Assembly (NCBI GenBank): GCA_013265495.1
Contig: MU058198.1
Span: forward strand, 4,975,779 to 5,039,778
Reading direction: 5' to 3'
Source of the DNA: Vicugna vicugna
Lineage: Eukaryota
Length of the DNA: 64,000 bases
Below, one piece after another: positions 12,817 to 25,304 of this stretch. Numbering within the stretch: position 1 is the stretch's first letter; each line of letters begins with the position of its first letter. A program made the translations under genes and the position numbers. The notes below the pieces were generated by a model, which saw only the letters and a list, made by a program, of their open reading frames with translations, searched no databases and was not told the origin of the DNA.

Positions 12817-13689
12817 ATAGAGGCAGGGCACCCCTGATAACCATCCGATGTGCTGACCCAGTCATGAGTTTATCCTGGTGAAATTCAGATGCGCTCTTTA
12901 TTTCCAAAAGCAGGAGCACCACCGATGGGCAGTTACGGAGGCATTACCAGGGCCATTTGGCAATAAAATTGTGACTGACTTCATTATGTAGGACGGAGGC
13001 AAGAAATCGCTGGTCTTAAATCACGGGCCAGCTGACCAGGATGCGCTTGGCCCAGGCATATGCAGATAGGGTCTGTTTGGTAGGAAACGATGCTGCTGCA
13101 GAAAAAGAGGCTGTTATTAAGAATTAGCTGAAGTTCTTTTGTTCAGCTCAGTGCCAAAAGGTAATTTACATGGAACACGTGGCAAGCCATATGGTTCTGT
13201 CTGGGGGCTGCCAGCACCCCTGGCTGCTGATTCTCTACTTTCAAGACTTTCCATCTCTGAGACGGAGGCTGCCTCATTGCTTCCAATGGGTGGATCGTGG
13301 GGAAACAATTCTATTGGACCACACTTGGTTTCCAAATGCGACGTTTCCCTTGCCTGGAGGTCTTTCAAAGGTGAGGAGCAAAACCCCGTCTTGAAGATTC
13401 ATTCCCCTGATCTCTCTCTCTCTCTGCCACCCCTGCCCCGACAAATTACAGTGCTTGCACCCTGTAAAGCAGTTTTCTACCTGCTCATTCTTTGCTGATG
13501 TTCTTTGTGCAGTTTTCGGTCCAGGGAAAGAATAGCCATTTATTGTGGCTGCTGCCTGCTGGGCCTCATTAAGACCTTGGGATTCTGCATCTCGTGTCAG
13601 CTTGACAACATCCCCCCGTGGGGTCCTCCTCCTCCCATCACCTGGAGGGGAGGAGCCTGAGATGTGGAGGGAAAACCACTGCTGCTGAG

Positions 13690-13935
13690 CACACCTGATG
13701 GGTTAAATGTTTGCTGGGAGCCAGGCACCGTGCTTGGGGCTTGAAACGCACAACCCTGCTCACCCTGCACACGGCCCTTCCGCGGTGCTTTCTCTCATAA
13801 TCCCATTTTATGAAAGAGGCGATGGAGGTCTAAGAAAGTGAGGGAACCTGCTCAAGATGCTTCTCAGTGGCTGAACTGGCCTTCAAACTCAACACAGTCT
13901 AGTTTTTTTTTCTAACTCTAGGCTCTTTCCCCTGT
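13690..13935 (-). mobile_element. MIR SINE fragment
   Basis: GCCAGGCACCGTGCT...TCCCATTTTATGAAAGAGG...CTGCTCAAG. Confidence 0.6.
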
Positions 13936-14802
13936 TCCACAGCGGACGGTGAGATTTCAGGGCTGAGTTTTCTGCAGAGATGGGAACGGGGCGAAGGCAG
14001 TGGCGTAGTCGGGGTGGGGGGGTGGAGGTCTCAGACACGGTGGATCTTTTTCCAGTTCTCCATCGCACGGTGGCTGTCAGCTCCGGCAGGCAATCGTAGC
14101 CCTTCTGTTTACTCAGGGACCTGTTTGCACAGCTCCTCATCCCATTTTGCCAGAGAGGTTCAGGGTGATTCACACCCAGTAGCTCGCTCTCGTTCAGCGC
14201 AGCTGTCTGCCTCTCCTGCTCTCAGAAGCCAGCTCTTGGGCAATCTCATTAAACTGGCTTTAATTACTGTTGCGAAGGCAGCGAGGGAGACCTCCGGTGC
14301 TCCTCCACCACGGACATTATTGTCTGGCTGCGGAGAGCTTTCTGTCGGACAGCAGATCAGAAAAGGTTAGTTTCCCTAATTCTCTAACCCGCTTCCTGGT
14401 GATAATTGGTTCCCAGGTGAAACAGCATCTTTTGAAACACAGGCATCTCGCGTTGGTTTTCCACCTTCAGGTGCATCTGAAGTGAGGTTCAGCCCAGGTG
14501 AGAAACATCCCTATTCGTGCTCTTTCTTAGGGCAGAAAAGAACTTGGAGATACCACGGAGAAGGCTGACCCTGCCCTAGGAACTCCCTGGCAGTTGTCAG
14601 AAGGTCATTTGTTGTTCAAGTCTATCTGCTGTTTCTTCTCATCACCGCGAGGAGAGTACATCACACCTGGTTTCCCCAGTGCTTGTGATAGCTTCACACG
14701 TATCTTAGCAGGGGCCGGGCGATTCCTCAGCCTCCTTCCAGCCTCGAGGCGCCTTGATAATTCCTGGCAGGAGGTCCTTGCCTCCCAGGTAGATACCTTT
14801 TT

Positions 14803-14926
14803 CTGGTTTTTATTGAAGTATAGTTGATTCTGCAATGTTATGTTAGTTTCAGGTGTACAGCAAAGTGACACATGTATATCTATATATATATATATATTCT
14901 TTTCCAGATTCTTTTCCATTATAGAA
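14803..14926 (-). mobile_element. Short 5'-truncated L1 3' end
   Basis: TTTATTGAAGTATAGTTGAT...TTCAGGTGTACAGCAAAGTGA; 14-bp TSD GTAGATACCTTTTT at 14789-14802 and 14927-14940. Confidence 0.92.
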
Positions 14927-15044
14927 GTAGATACCTTTTTGACTTGTTTCTAAGTGTCTGCTCTCTATCTGGCTCTTAATGTCATTCTGTCCTCTGAATG
15001 CTGCCACAGATTCATGGGTTAAGGGTAGGGGACCAGGCTCACAG

Positions 15045-15420
15045 GTAGGGTCTAGAAACCTTGACCTATTAAAATGATTGAAGGAGCTGAGATTATTTAC
15101 ATCGGAAACAAAAAGACTCGCCTCCCCCTGGGGGGGTTAGGAGGCAAAGCCCTCCAAATGTAGATGCACTGGCACGTGGAAGAGGGAGGTCATGATTTCC
15201 AACATGGCGCCAGAGGACGGGATTCGGTCTAATGGAAGTATATTTCCCCCCCCGAGCAAGGGCATTCATGATCAGCTCTGTTAGAAAAGGCAGAGCCGAC
15301 TCTGCAGCGCTGTGGGCTCGACACTGGGACTGTTCGGGCTGAGGCCGTGTGCTCTCCTGCCTGAGCCTTGATGGAGGTACACGCATGGCAGTCTGGACCT
15401 GGTGATCTCCCAAGCCCTTG
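15045..15420 (+). mobile_element. L3/CR1 LINE 3' fragment
   Basis: GGGTCTAGAAACC...TTGAAGGAGCTGAGATTATTTA...AAAAGACT resembles the L3 ORF2 C-terminal region. Confidence 0.6.
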
Positions 15421-15459
15421 ACCATCGATTTAGCACATAAGAGGAATGCCAAAGACCAG

Positions 15460-16035
15460 GGCTGGTGAGTTCCAGTGTGGGTGAGGGCCAGGCAGTTAAC
15501 TGAAGAGTCTGGATGTGGACTACGGCAAACTGGAGGACACGTTCCTGAGTTTCAGCTGGTGGCTGCAGTTTGATAACATGGGCCCCATAGTGCCGGGTTT
15601 TAAAAGCCAGAAATTGAAACCTTTATGTGAAATCTCCCACATTAAAAAAATATCAACTTAGGTTTACAGTAACCAAATTTATGTTTACCCGGGGGAAAGG
15701 GAGTAGGAAGGGATAAACTGGGAGTCTGAGATTTGCAAACACTAACTACTATATATAAAATAGATTAAAAAAACAAATTTCTTCTGTATAGCACAGGAAA
15801 CTGTATTCAATATCTTGTAGTAACCTATTATGAAAAAGAATATGAAAATGAATATATGTATGTATATGTATGACTGAAACTTTATGCTGTACACCAGAAA
15901 TTGACACATTGTAATTGACTCTACTTCAATTAAAAAATAAAAAGAGCCTTGGTCAGAAAAAACTGTCAACTAGGTTTAAAAAAAATCTATAGGACCAGCA
16001 AAGCCCATTAGGATGCCAGGATCTCTTGACTTCCG
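15460..16035 (+). mobile_element. MER102-like hAT element split by an L1 insertion
   Basis: GGGCCAGGCAG...GGCAAACTGGAG...AAGCCAGAAAT...TTTATGTGAAATCTCCC, resuming after the L1. Confidence 0.65.
15667..15943 (+). mobile_element. Lineage-specific L1 3' end
   Basis: GGGATAAACTGGGAGTCTGAGATTTGC...GCTGTACACCAGAAATTGACACATTGTAA...TACTTCAATTAAAAAATAAAAA; degenerate TSD at 15644-15666 and 15957-15978. Confidence 0.92.
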
Positions 16036-16039
16036 CTGG

Positions 16040-16560
16040 AAAACTGAGGGAGCATCTCTGTATGCCCCTGTTGATTAAGACGGTGATGTATTTCCTTGAC
16101 GATGACATCATCACATGGATTTCCAGCTGGTTGAGCCTTGGAATGTGATGGACAGTCCTTTCTGCACCTGGAAGGAGACTTCTATTTATGATCCAAGGGT
16201 CCACTAACGATCCTCTGTGTTCGAGTCTGTCCTAGTAAACGTTTTAATCAGTGATTTGATGAGGACCCTGAAGGCCTACCAATCAGATATGCAGATGATG
16301 CCAAGCTGAGTATAACTGTTGTTAAGAGGAGTGATGAGGTCAGAACTGTCTGATCAAGTTGGAGAGCTAGAGACACAACCAGGTGAGTAGGAGCTGAGGC
16401 GAAGTCTTGTGTGTTGAGGTCTGCAATATGAATTGCATTTTCACCGGATGAGCAGAAAAACCAATGTGGAGTGTGCACCTGTGAAGAGGGGAAAAGGGTA
16501 AAATCTGGGGAGGATTTGTTGGGCCACAAGATGAGAATACAGACAACAGTTTGATAAAGA
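16040..16560 (+). mobile_element. L3/CR1 LINE fragment from the reverse-transcriptase region
   Basis: 16288-16308 TATGCAGATGATGCCAAGCTG encodes YADDAKL (CR1 FADDTKL motif), preceded by AACGTTTTAATCAGTGATTTG; reading frame is disrupted. Confidence 0.7.
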
Positions 16561-16607
16561 TAATTTTAAAAAAGCTGAGACCCAAAAATATGTAGTCATC
16601 CACTCTT

Positions 16608-16743
16608 TATTTATTTATTTTTTGTTGTGGGAGAGGTAATCAGGTTTGTTTATTTATTTATTTAATGGCAGTCCTGGGGATCGAACCCAGGACCTCATGC
16701 ATGCTAGGCACGCGCTCTACCACTGAGCTATACCTCCCCCCGT
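16608..16743 (-). mobile_element. tRNA-Ala-derived SINE (Vic-1-like)
   Basis: GGGGATCGAACCCAGGACCTCATGCATGCTAGGCACGCGCTCTACCACTGAGCTA; TSD TCATCC(A/G)CTCTT at 16596-16607 and 16744-16755. Confidence 0.92.
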
Positions 16744-16900
16744 TCATCCGCTCTTACTAAGCATTTTCTCTGTGCCGGGAACATGCTACATGCAGGGAAT
16801 AAAGAGATGAGTAAGGCTGGATCCCTGCTTTGGAGGCTCTCCCAGCCACAGACTCAGGTACATTACTGTCCAGTGGGGTAAATTCTACCAGGGTGATTTC
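16744..16900 (-). mobile_element. L2 3' end
   Basis: TACTAAGCATTTTCTCTGTGCCGGG...GATGAGTAAG...TCCCTGCTTTGGAGG. Confidence 0.6.
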
Positions 16901-16980
16901 TGCAGAAGATGATGCAAATCTCGAATATATAGTCCCTGAGTTTCTCACATTATGTAATTTCACTTAGGAGGCAAAGTGAG

Positions 16981-17497
16981 TTTTTTTAAATGGACGTATG
17001 ACATTATATTATGGACACATAACATTATACAGTCAGCCTTCTGTATCTGCAGCTTCCATATCCAAGGCTTCAACCAACTGCAGATCAAAATATTTGGAAA
17101 ACAAAAATTCCAGAAAGTTCCAAGAAGCAAAACTTGAATTTGCCACCCTGCCAACTTCTCCATAGTATTTACAACAATTTATGTAGCATTTATGTTGTAT
17201 TAGGTACTACAAGTAATCTGGAGATGATTTAAAGTATATGGGGGATATGTGCATGGGTCATATGCAAATACTGTCCTATTTTCTATAAGGGACTTGAACA
17301 TCGGATTTTGGAATCCTCGAGGCTTGAGGTCCTGAAACCAATCTCCTCCAGATACAGAGGGATGACCGTATTAGTTTTAAGTTGACAGTGTAATGATTTG
17401 GTATTTATCTACATTGCAAAATGATCACTATGTGTCTCGCTAGCATCCATCAACATACAGAGTTACAAGTATTGTTTTCTTGTGATAAGGATTCTTA
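16981..17497 (-). mobile_element. L1 3' UTR fragment interrupted by MER2
   Basis: ATAACATTATA | TTAGTTTT...ATTGCAAAATGATCAC...CATCCATCA...TTTTCTTGTGATAAG. Confidence 0.75.
17030..17368 (-). mobile_element. MER2-family (TcMar-Tigger) element, full length
   Basis: Terminal inverted repeats CAGTCAGCCTTCTGTATC and GATACAGAGGGATGACCG; TA duplication on both sides; internal AAGTAATCTGGAGATGATTTAAAGTATA. Confidence 0.88.
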
Positions 17498-19269
17498 ATA
17501 AAGTGGATTTTGGAAGGAAGATGAGGAGTCCTTCTTGTGAAAAATGGAGAGTGTGGTCCAAGGAGTAGGCATCGCAAATATTTGTGCTTTGTGTCACCAG
17601 ATAGCTGATATGTGACATGGAGATTCTGGGGATCTCTGAGGCCTTGCACTTAGTGTGAAGTTAACTCAGCTCCCAAATCTCAGGTAGAATGCACAGTCAG
17701 GCATGTTGTTTTCTGGCCACAGAAGTCGGATCAGTTAGGGACAAGGCGATACCTTTCTGGGACTGTTCTGCGGGTTAATAGGAAAGTTGAACATCTGTCT
17801 AGCTGATGGCCAACAAGAGAGGAAGTTGGTCTAGGAACCGTTGCAGCTGGGGGGGTGGTGAGTTTATAGGGGATAAGAATGGAGTCAACATCAGGGGAAA
17901 AGAGACAAGAAACGAAGAAGGAGAAATTCTGCCCTCTGCTATCATTTGACCCCTAGACCGAGTGGTTCTTGAAATATTATCCACGGACTGTTCAGTTGCA
18001 CAAACCTGTCAGTTCACTTTTGCTTTTCTTGTATGACTTTGAGTTGAGTGATCTCTTCCGTTTCAAATAATGGGAATTGCATGTGATTTTCTTTGCCAGT
18101 GGAGAGAGAGAAAAGTTATTCTAGTTGGGCATGAAGCACAGAGACACAGGGAAGCACCAGTGTGCTCGTTGAAATCTGGTGTGTGTCACTGGGTTTCAGA
18201 GGGAACTGGTGGGCAATGCAACTGGAGAGAGGGTAGGGGCTAGATTATGGTGAGTCTTGAAGACCCCTGGCCTCCACGGTCCCATGTTGTCTGGTCCAGC
18301 ACTGGGATGTCAGTTACAGCGTTTAACTGGGCAGAGCTCGGATCCCTTGTGCGAGGCTTCGATGGGTATTGTTCAAGGTCCAGAATCCGCCAACATTCAT
18401 TTACTTCTTCTGTCCTCCCAGGGACACAGTGAAGTTGGTGAGCGTATCCGTTTTGTAAATACAGAATTATGAACGGAGAGATTTACAAGTAGCTCGTGAT
18501 TATCTAGTAAAGAATCCCAGCTCTGCCATGTCGAGGGGTCCGTTGGTGAGAGCGAGGGGCCTTCTGGCCACCGGCAGGCAGGAGGGGACAGGAAGGATGG
18601 AGACACCCCTGCAGCCTGGGCTTTCTGGGGCAGCCAACACTTGGGAGCTGCACTGGCCAAGTTTCCCAGCTCCAAAGAGGCTTCTGAATCCTGATTGCCC
18701 TAGCAAGTGTGGAAACTCACCAGGACTGTCCCTCTGGATGTAAGCAACAGCATCCTCTCCCCAAAGCCAAGTCCTCCGTTAGCTGTAGTCACCAACGAGG
18801 ACAGATGGGCCTGGCAAGACAAGAGGCTCAGAGCAAACTGAAACTAAAAGCATCATTGTGGACACACAGGAGGCCCAGGGAAGCTCTCAGAAACAGCTGG
18901 GAGACAGTTGGAGGGCCTCAGGACATAATAATTTGCCTACGAAAGAAGAGAGAGCATAATCTCATTTTGTAGTCATGGGCTGATGAGGTTGGGGCCTTCC
19001 GAGTTACATATATTTCATTGTCTTTTTAGTGGGGGAAAAAAAAGAAAGTGTGCCTCTCCTGCCAGGGATTCACGCATCTGTGTGTGAAAACAGGGGCAAG
19101 GACACGCACACCTGTCTCTTGCTCAACAATGCTGAGCATATTGGAAAGATCGTCACCGTGATAGGGAGCTGGGACCTGTTCTTAAGAAAGAAACAGTAAT
19201 AAAATCCTCCTGAGGTTTTATCTACAGTATTAAAAATAAAATAAAAATGAAAAAACCCTTCTTTTAATT

Positions 19270-19640
19270 CCCAAGATTGTGCCAGCCTCCTCCGTGCCTC
19301 AAGGCCTGTGCACCTGCTGTTTCCTTATCCCAGAATGCTTCTTCCTCTGTGTTTCGCATCCTCTGTCTATGTCGTCTTGTCCTTGAGACCTCAGCTCAAA
19401 CGTCACTGTACCAGAGAAGGCTGCCTTGACCTCCAGTTTTCCTTGGAAGCACGTTTCACCTTTGCAATTAGTTAAGAAAGGCAGGGAACACTTTGTTTAT
19501 GTCCTTTCTCCCTCCCCGCACCCCAAGCTGGAGGTTTTACAAGGGCAACTTCTGTGTCCTCTTGCTCATGACTGTACCCTCAGAGTCTGGGGTGACATCT
19601 GACACCTCATAAATGATCGACAATGCTTTTTTGGCTGAAT
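19270..19640 (+). mobile_element. L2 3' region
   Basis: TGCCTCAAGGCCTGTGCACCTGCTGTTTCC...CTCAGCTCAAACGTCAC. Confidence 0.75.
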
Positions 19641-20407
19641 GCATAGAAGTCGGTCCTTCTGACTCCAAATCAGATACGTTTGCCACTGTTCATGGTTTGG
19701 TTTGTGAAACCTACACACAGAGATCAGAAACACATATACCTCGTGGGACCAGGTGGGGACGGTAGTGAATGGGGGCTCATCTCCTGACCAGAAGGGAACA
19801 GTTGCAACAGGGCATCCAGATGACAAGCCAAGTGGACTCAATGTGCACAGATCTTGCAATATTGTTAAGAAAGTTTTGAAGTCTTGATTTTCTGGGTTCC
19901 CTTCCAATTTGTTAAAGCTGCCGACAGTAGTTTTAAAAAGTAGACCCTGTCTTGATCAAAGCCATCACCTGTGGAAGTGGGCCCTGGCCCTGGGGGAAAT
20001 GGGTGGCCTTCTCTGCAGAAAATCTCAGTACCTCTTTGCAGGGCTCAGACTGCCCCAGGACGAGAGAAGTCTATGCTCCGTACTGTTTTTTAAAAATGCT
20101 TATTGAAAACTACAGGTGAAAATAGGGCAGCCAGAAGGATGAAGGGTCTGGAAGCTACGCCCTGAAAAGAGCAGTTGCCCAAAATGCAGATATTTTATGT
20201 GACAATTCAGCTTTGCTGCCCTGGCTCTCCCAGTTTGGTGCCTAATTTACCAGATGAGAATCTGGACCCCAAAGTGCTGTAGGAGTTATGACGGCAAACA
20301 CATGGGTGGTAGGTCGGTAATGAGGCCGATTTGTAACAAATGCATTGGTTTTACGCATCCGCATGGATGAGGTCCTTCTTCCCAGCAGACCCCTGAGGAG
20401 GTCAGAG

Positions 20408-20605
20408 CTTTATTCCAATTACATGGCAGTTTCCCAGCTATTCTGGGAACTGCTTTTTGGAAATTGCCATCAGAGTCTGAACATAATTTTTAAATGTCCT
20501 CAATTGTGACAAATCTCCAGATTTGATTTTGTGAAACAGCCAAGAGTTATTTGGAGCTAAGCCGAATAAATGAGTCTGATGATTAAGCTGAACAGTACTG
20601 TTTTG
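20408..20605. mobile_element. MARNA-like mariner relic
   Basis: TTTATTCCAAT...GGAAATTGCCATCAGAG...GATTTGATTTTGTGAAACAGCCAAGAGTTATTTGGAGC. Confidence 0.7.
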
Positions 20606-21074
20606 GGGGCACTGTGATGTGCAGTTTAAGCTTTAACAAGAGCATGGTCAGGACAAGGGATGCTAGGACCAGCCCCTTGGCCAGTGGGGAGTAGAAAGGA
20701 TACAGGGCCAAGTGGAACCCCACTTAGTAGGGGTAGGGTATGGGCTTAGGGGTGCTTACTCGCTTCCAGAATGCCCGATGTGTCACATCCAAAGGCAAAG
20801 AAGAATTGGTTCAGAAGGCCTGATGTGAACAGAAATTTCCGGAGTGAACCACAAAGTTGGAGTCAGGTCCAGCTGTGTCATGGGCTGGGAGAGATGTCCT
20901 TTTGGGGGCAAGTCTGCAAATCTTCATCAGGAGTTTTGGAGAAAACACCAGTTCTGTTGTGAGAGTGGAGCATGAAGTAGGTTGACCAGATGCTCATCGA
21001 GGCAGATGCTTCTCACCTTAGTAAATACTGTATTCCTTACACCAAGCCCTTTATTACCCAAGTGATTTTGCTTT

Positions 21075-21575
21075 CTGGCCTTGGCACCATCCTCATCTTC
21101 TAACTCTCTTCCCCTTGCTCTTTGAAATTCAACCAGAAGAACCCACCAGTGGCTTCTTTGCTGTTCTTTGACCCCATCTACTTCATTTCCTCTCTGGGAC
21201 CTCTCTCTTGCTGTTCTTCTGCCCGGGACACACTTACTTTAGATTTTCGCTTGGCTGGCTCTTGCTTGGGGAGGTCTCATCTCAGATCTTAGTTTCTCAG
21301 AGATCCCTTTCCCTGACCATCCAGACCAGAACATTCTCCCTCCAACCCCAGTTACTTGCAACCCAATCCCCTGTTTGATGTCCTTACAGCATTTTCGTCC
21401 TTGCGTTGTTTCTAGATTCACTCCTTTATTATCCATCTCACAGCGCTAGAATGGAATTCCACGAGGGCGGGATCTTTGTTCTCGCATTTATTTTCAGAGC
21501 TATGACTGTGTGTGGCTCATGATGGGTGTTCAGTCAGTATCTGCTGAAATGACTCTGAATCAACAAATGAATGGC
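21075..21575 (+). mobile_element. L2a-like 3' end
   Basis: CCTTTCCCTGACCA...CTAGAATGGAATTCCACGAGGGCGGGA...ATCTGCTGAAATGA...AATGAATG. Confidence 0.8.
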
Positions 21576-22364
21576 GGCGTGGTCCATAGGATGACATTAG
21601 CCCATTTAGTGTAGGGGCTGAGAGAATTCAGTGGATGAATAGAATCCCCCTGTGTCACTTGGTCCCAGAATTACTTGGCAGCAAGTCTTAGGTAGTCGGG
21701 GCTGTTCCAATTGATGGGCTCCAGAACTCAGTAATAGTAAAGGACCTGGGGCCAGAACCTGGGGACCAGGGGGAGGAGAAACAGGAGCTGATCGAGTTTC
21801 CATCACAAAGTGAACAATATAAAGTGGGTCTTGAAAACTCTGGCCAATAACAGGATTCTTGGAAGAAGGACGTCAAGAACAAATGAATGCATTCTGTCTG
21901 CTTTGGGGGCAATTAGTCTCACAGGGTTGTAGTCGCATGTCTTACTGTATCTGCCTGCTCTTGACAGCCTCTGGGAGGAGGGTCATCCGCTATTCCATAT
22001 CCTTTCTGAAAGAGAACTGAAAGAGATTTTCATCACTCCAGGCTGACTTATTCTTTGAAATCATCTGTCTCTCCAGAGAATTATTTATGTGAACGCGATT
22101 TTATATTGAAATTTACGGTACTGTGTGTTCTCTGCCCTGTCTCCTTTTTACAGTAAACTCTGCAGCACCTGGAGATGTGTTTTCTTTCTTGAGCTTAAAA
22201 ATTAAGGAAATAAACCAAGCAGCTCAGAAGACAATCCCCCTTCATTAACACAAAATGGTTAACAATAGCTGTAACTGTGAACACTAATAGTCAGGTCTGT
22301 ACCATGGAGACCCTGCCAGCCACCAGCCATCAACCATATTTTAGCCACTTGGACATACTTTCTC

Positions 22365-22513
22365 TTTCTCTTTTTCTTTTTTTTAATTGAAGTGTAGTTG
22401 ATTTACAATAATATTGCCTTAGTTTCAAGTGTGCGGCAAAGCGATTCAGTTCTCTTTTCTTCAGGTTACTTTTCATCATAGGTTCTTACAAGATGTTGAA
22501 TAGACTTCCCTAG
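22365..22513 (-). mobile_element. Short L1 3' end
   Basis: TTTTAATTGAAGTGTAGTTGATTTACAATA...TTACAAGATGTTGAATAGACTTCCCT. Confidence 0.85.
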
Positions 22514-23809
22514 CCCTGAGACGTTCTTGGGCATCAGGTGGCAAAAGAATGGAGGATTTTGTACAAAGGTATCCCCTGGAAAGGGGTATGGAAGCTGTGA
22601 CAACTGTTCCCGCATGGAGGCTGGATTAAATACATCCAGTGCAGGAAAGACTGCACGCTTCTGAAGACTATGGAGCAACAGGACGAGCTGTTTGTGTTAC
22701 CAGTGCGAAGTGCGGGCCATAAAAGTGCAGGGCTCTCTGCACTTCCCACTACGTAAAGCACGCTTAACGAGGAAAGACTGAACGGAAGGGCAGCAAACGA
22801 ACAACACAAGTGGATTCATTCTTTCATTTATTCAGTTACTCATACAGGAAATACTGGGTGACATTTTGGGGCTATTGAGACTACGGGTAGCGTGTTTTTT
22901 TTTTTTTTCCTGTTGTACTTCTCCAGCTTTTAAATTTGGATAGAGTACTTCTATTTGAAAAACAAAACAGACAGAAAACAAAAACAAAAAACCAGAGGCT
23001 GATTCCTTGTAAAGGCAAAGTCATTCTTATCAAGCGCTCTCCGTCGGAGTGGATAGCTGAATGGAAGACCCAATTCCACTATGGATTCTGTTCTAGCTCT
23101 GTTATCAAATTCTGGTGTAAAACCAGCTGTGTCACAATCAGAGTAATAAACAACATTTGTGTACCGTTGTGCAATTTTCCGAGCGCGTTCCTGAGCAATC
23201 GTATTTAATCCTCCACAACGACGTGGTGAGATGTAAGAATTCTTAGACTGGGTCAGACCTGTGGTCGTTTCTGCCCTGTGGTTTGTTTATCCTTATCTGC
23301 TTGGCATTTTCCTACACCAGAGTTTAAATGTACTTTGTACATTTCGATATTTAACCACAATCCCTTTCAGATGATTTGTAAAAACTTTAAATAAGCCCGA
23401 TGTTGGCAGTGGTGCCTGGGGAACCTTTCTGTATCTGAGAGATGTGATGATTTTCCTGTTCCTTGTTGCTACTTTTCTCCACACCCCCCGTCTCCCAAGT
23501 TGCTGATCCATAATGAAACAACCTCCTTTCCACATTTGTCAGAAGTTCCTTGGTACCCGGAGGTAACACAGGGCTGAGAATGTCCACAGAGAGACCAGCC
23601 GTCAATAAAAGCCCTCAGAACCACAACCAGGCATCAAGAAACCTCCGTCTCATCCTGAGCAACCTGCCCTCTCTCCTGGCTGCAGTTTCAAGTGTAATTT
23701 CACTCAGTTCAGTTCCTTAGTTTCTTTGTTATGCGTTCATGCTTTTGAACAACCTGGGTCTTTTTCCTTTTGTTTTGTTCTGTTTTTTTAAGTTTAATTT
23801 CACTAGTTA

Positions 23810-24420
23810 AGTCTGGCCCTGTTATCCCTTGTGAAATGAACAGAATAATGTAGACAGTGCCAAAATCTCCATGACTCCCCTCCACACCCAATTCTAGTCC
23901 CTACCCCACTACTGTTGACCATCTGGGGTGTAACCCACTGAGCCACCCGCTTCACAATTACACACATATATATGTCAGCAAAAAATGCACAGTATACAAT
24001 GTTGTTATTTTAAATATGTGTGTTTAAGATCACTATAACATGCTCGCTACAGCATTTGACAACTTGCTCACAATATATTTTGGACGTGTTTACACATATG
24101 AACATCTTTCCCATTGTTGCTTAGTATCCCACAGCTGGCTACATAGATGGCTTTGTTTAATCAGTCCTCTAGTACTGGGTAGCTGGGTTGTTCCCAGTTT
24201 TTTGCTGTGATGAACGCATTGCAGTGAACGTCCCATCATCTGCCTTCTTTGGCGCTTGGATGAGTGTTTCTCTAAGAATACACTGAGGAGAAGAATTGTA
24301 CATGAAGTATATATGCGTCTCAGTTTTTTAAATATAATGCCAAAGTGCCTTCCAAAGGAATCAAGGCAATTTCTACTCCTGCTAGGTCCTCACTGACATT
24401 GGATATCAGCAGTTGGATTT
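23810..24420 (-). mobile_element. Old L1 (L1ME-like) fragment
   Basis: GGTTGTTCCCAGTTTTTTGCTGTGATGAAC...GCAGTGAAC...TGCCAAAGTGCCTTCCAAAG. Confidence 0.7.
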
Positions 24421-25304
24421 TTATAGTCTCTAAGATTTATTCTCTCTTTGGTGCCCTCGCGGTTGATTTTTGAATCATAGTGAGTTTAGATCATAGTTCC
24501 CCCCGCTCTACTTTGCCTGTGGCTCGTGTTCCAGTCTCCAGCTTCTCCGTGTTGCCTTCTTGCTCCCACTTAACTACCCTTCACTTGACCTTTCTTCAGA
24601 TACTGACTTCCATCTTATGGTCAAAATGATGCTAGAGTCTTGATTAATTATTTACTGAAGTCATTTATTTATTTCACAAATATTATGTGAGTGACAGGGA
24701 TGTCCTTTTCCCTAGCACAGACACATTTGAAATGAAGTCATCATTCCATTCTACCCAGGGCCTCTTCGATTTCCAGTTCCCAGATTCCCAGTCACTCCCA
24801 AAGGAAATCCAGATGGTCTTTGCTTAATACCCGGGAGGTGGGGATGGGGGGAACTTAAACAGCTCGTTCCTCTGCCAGCCACTATTTCTGCTGTCTGAGA
24901 AACCCTCATTTCTTGTGCATCGATTTTGAAGGTGATGATATAGACAACCTGTTGAGAGAGTTTGCAACATCCAGATGTTCCATCCTCCTCCAATTACGGG
25001 GGTCTTTTGGATTATAAAATTTCAGTGTGATGTTGAGAGACAGGGGATGAACACCTGCCAGGTATATGGACCATACTGCACTGCACTGAGGTCATATTTC
25101 CCAGTTGGTGATAACAGATTGATAACGCAGTCCCACCACACTCTTGCTTTGTAAGAGATCTGTCTTGGCAAAGTCTCAGAGAAAGCAAGCGGGAGCCGAC
25201 AGGGGTGATGTAAGGAAGAAGGATTAGTTCTGTTCTTGTGTGCTTTCGGCAACCAGAAGAATCCATTGTCCTCACTGCTGCCTAAGCTGTCAGCCGACAG
25301 CATT

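Noticed and set aside
13245..13370. Possible exon ending AAG|GTGAGG
   Set aside because: The donor is good but the acceptor is weak, and neither open frame resembles a known protein
14300..14320. REST/RE1 site (CACCACGGACA)
   Set aside because: Only the centre matches; the TTCAG left end and GCGCC right end are missing
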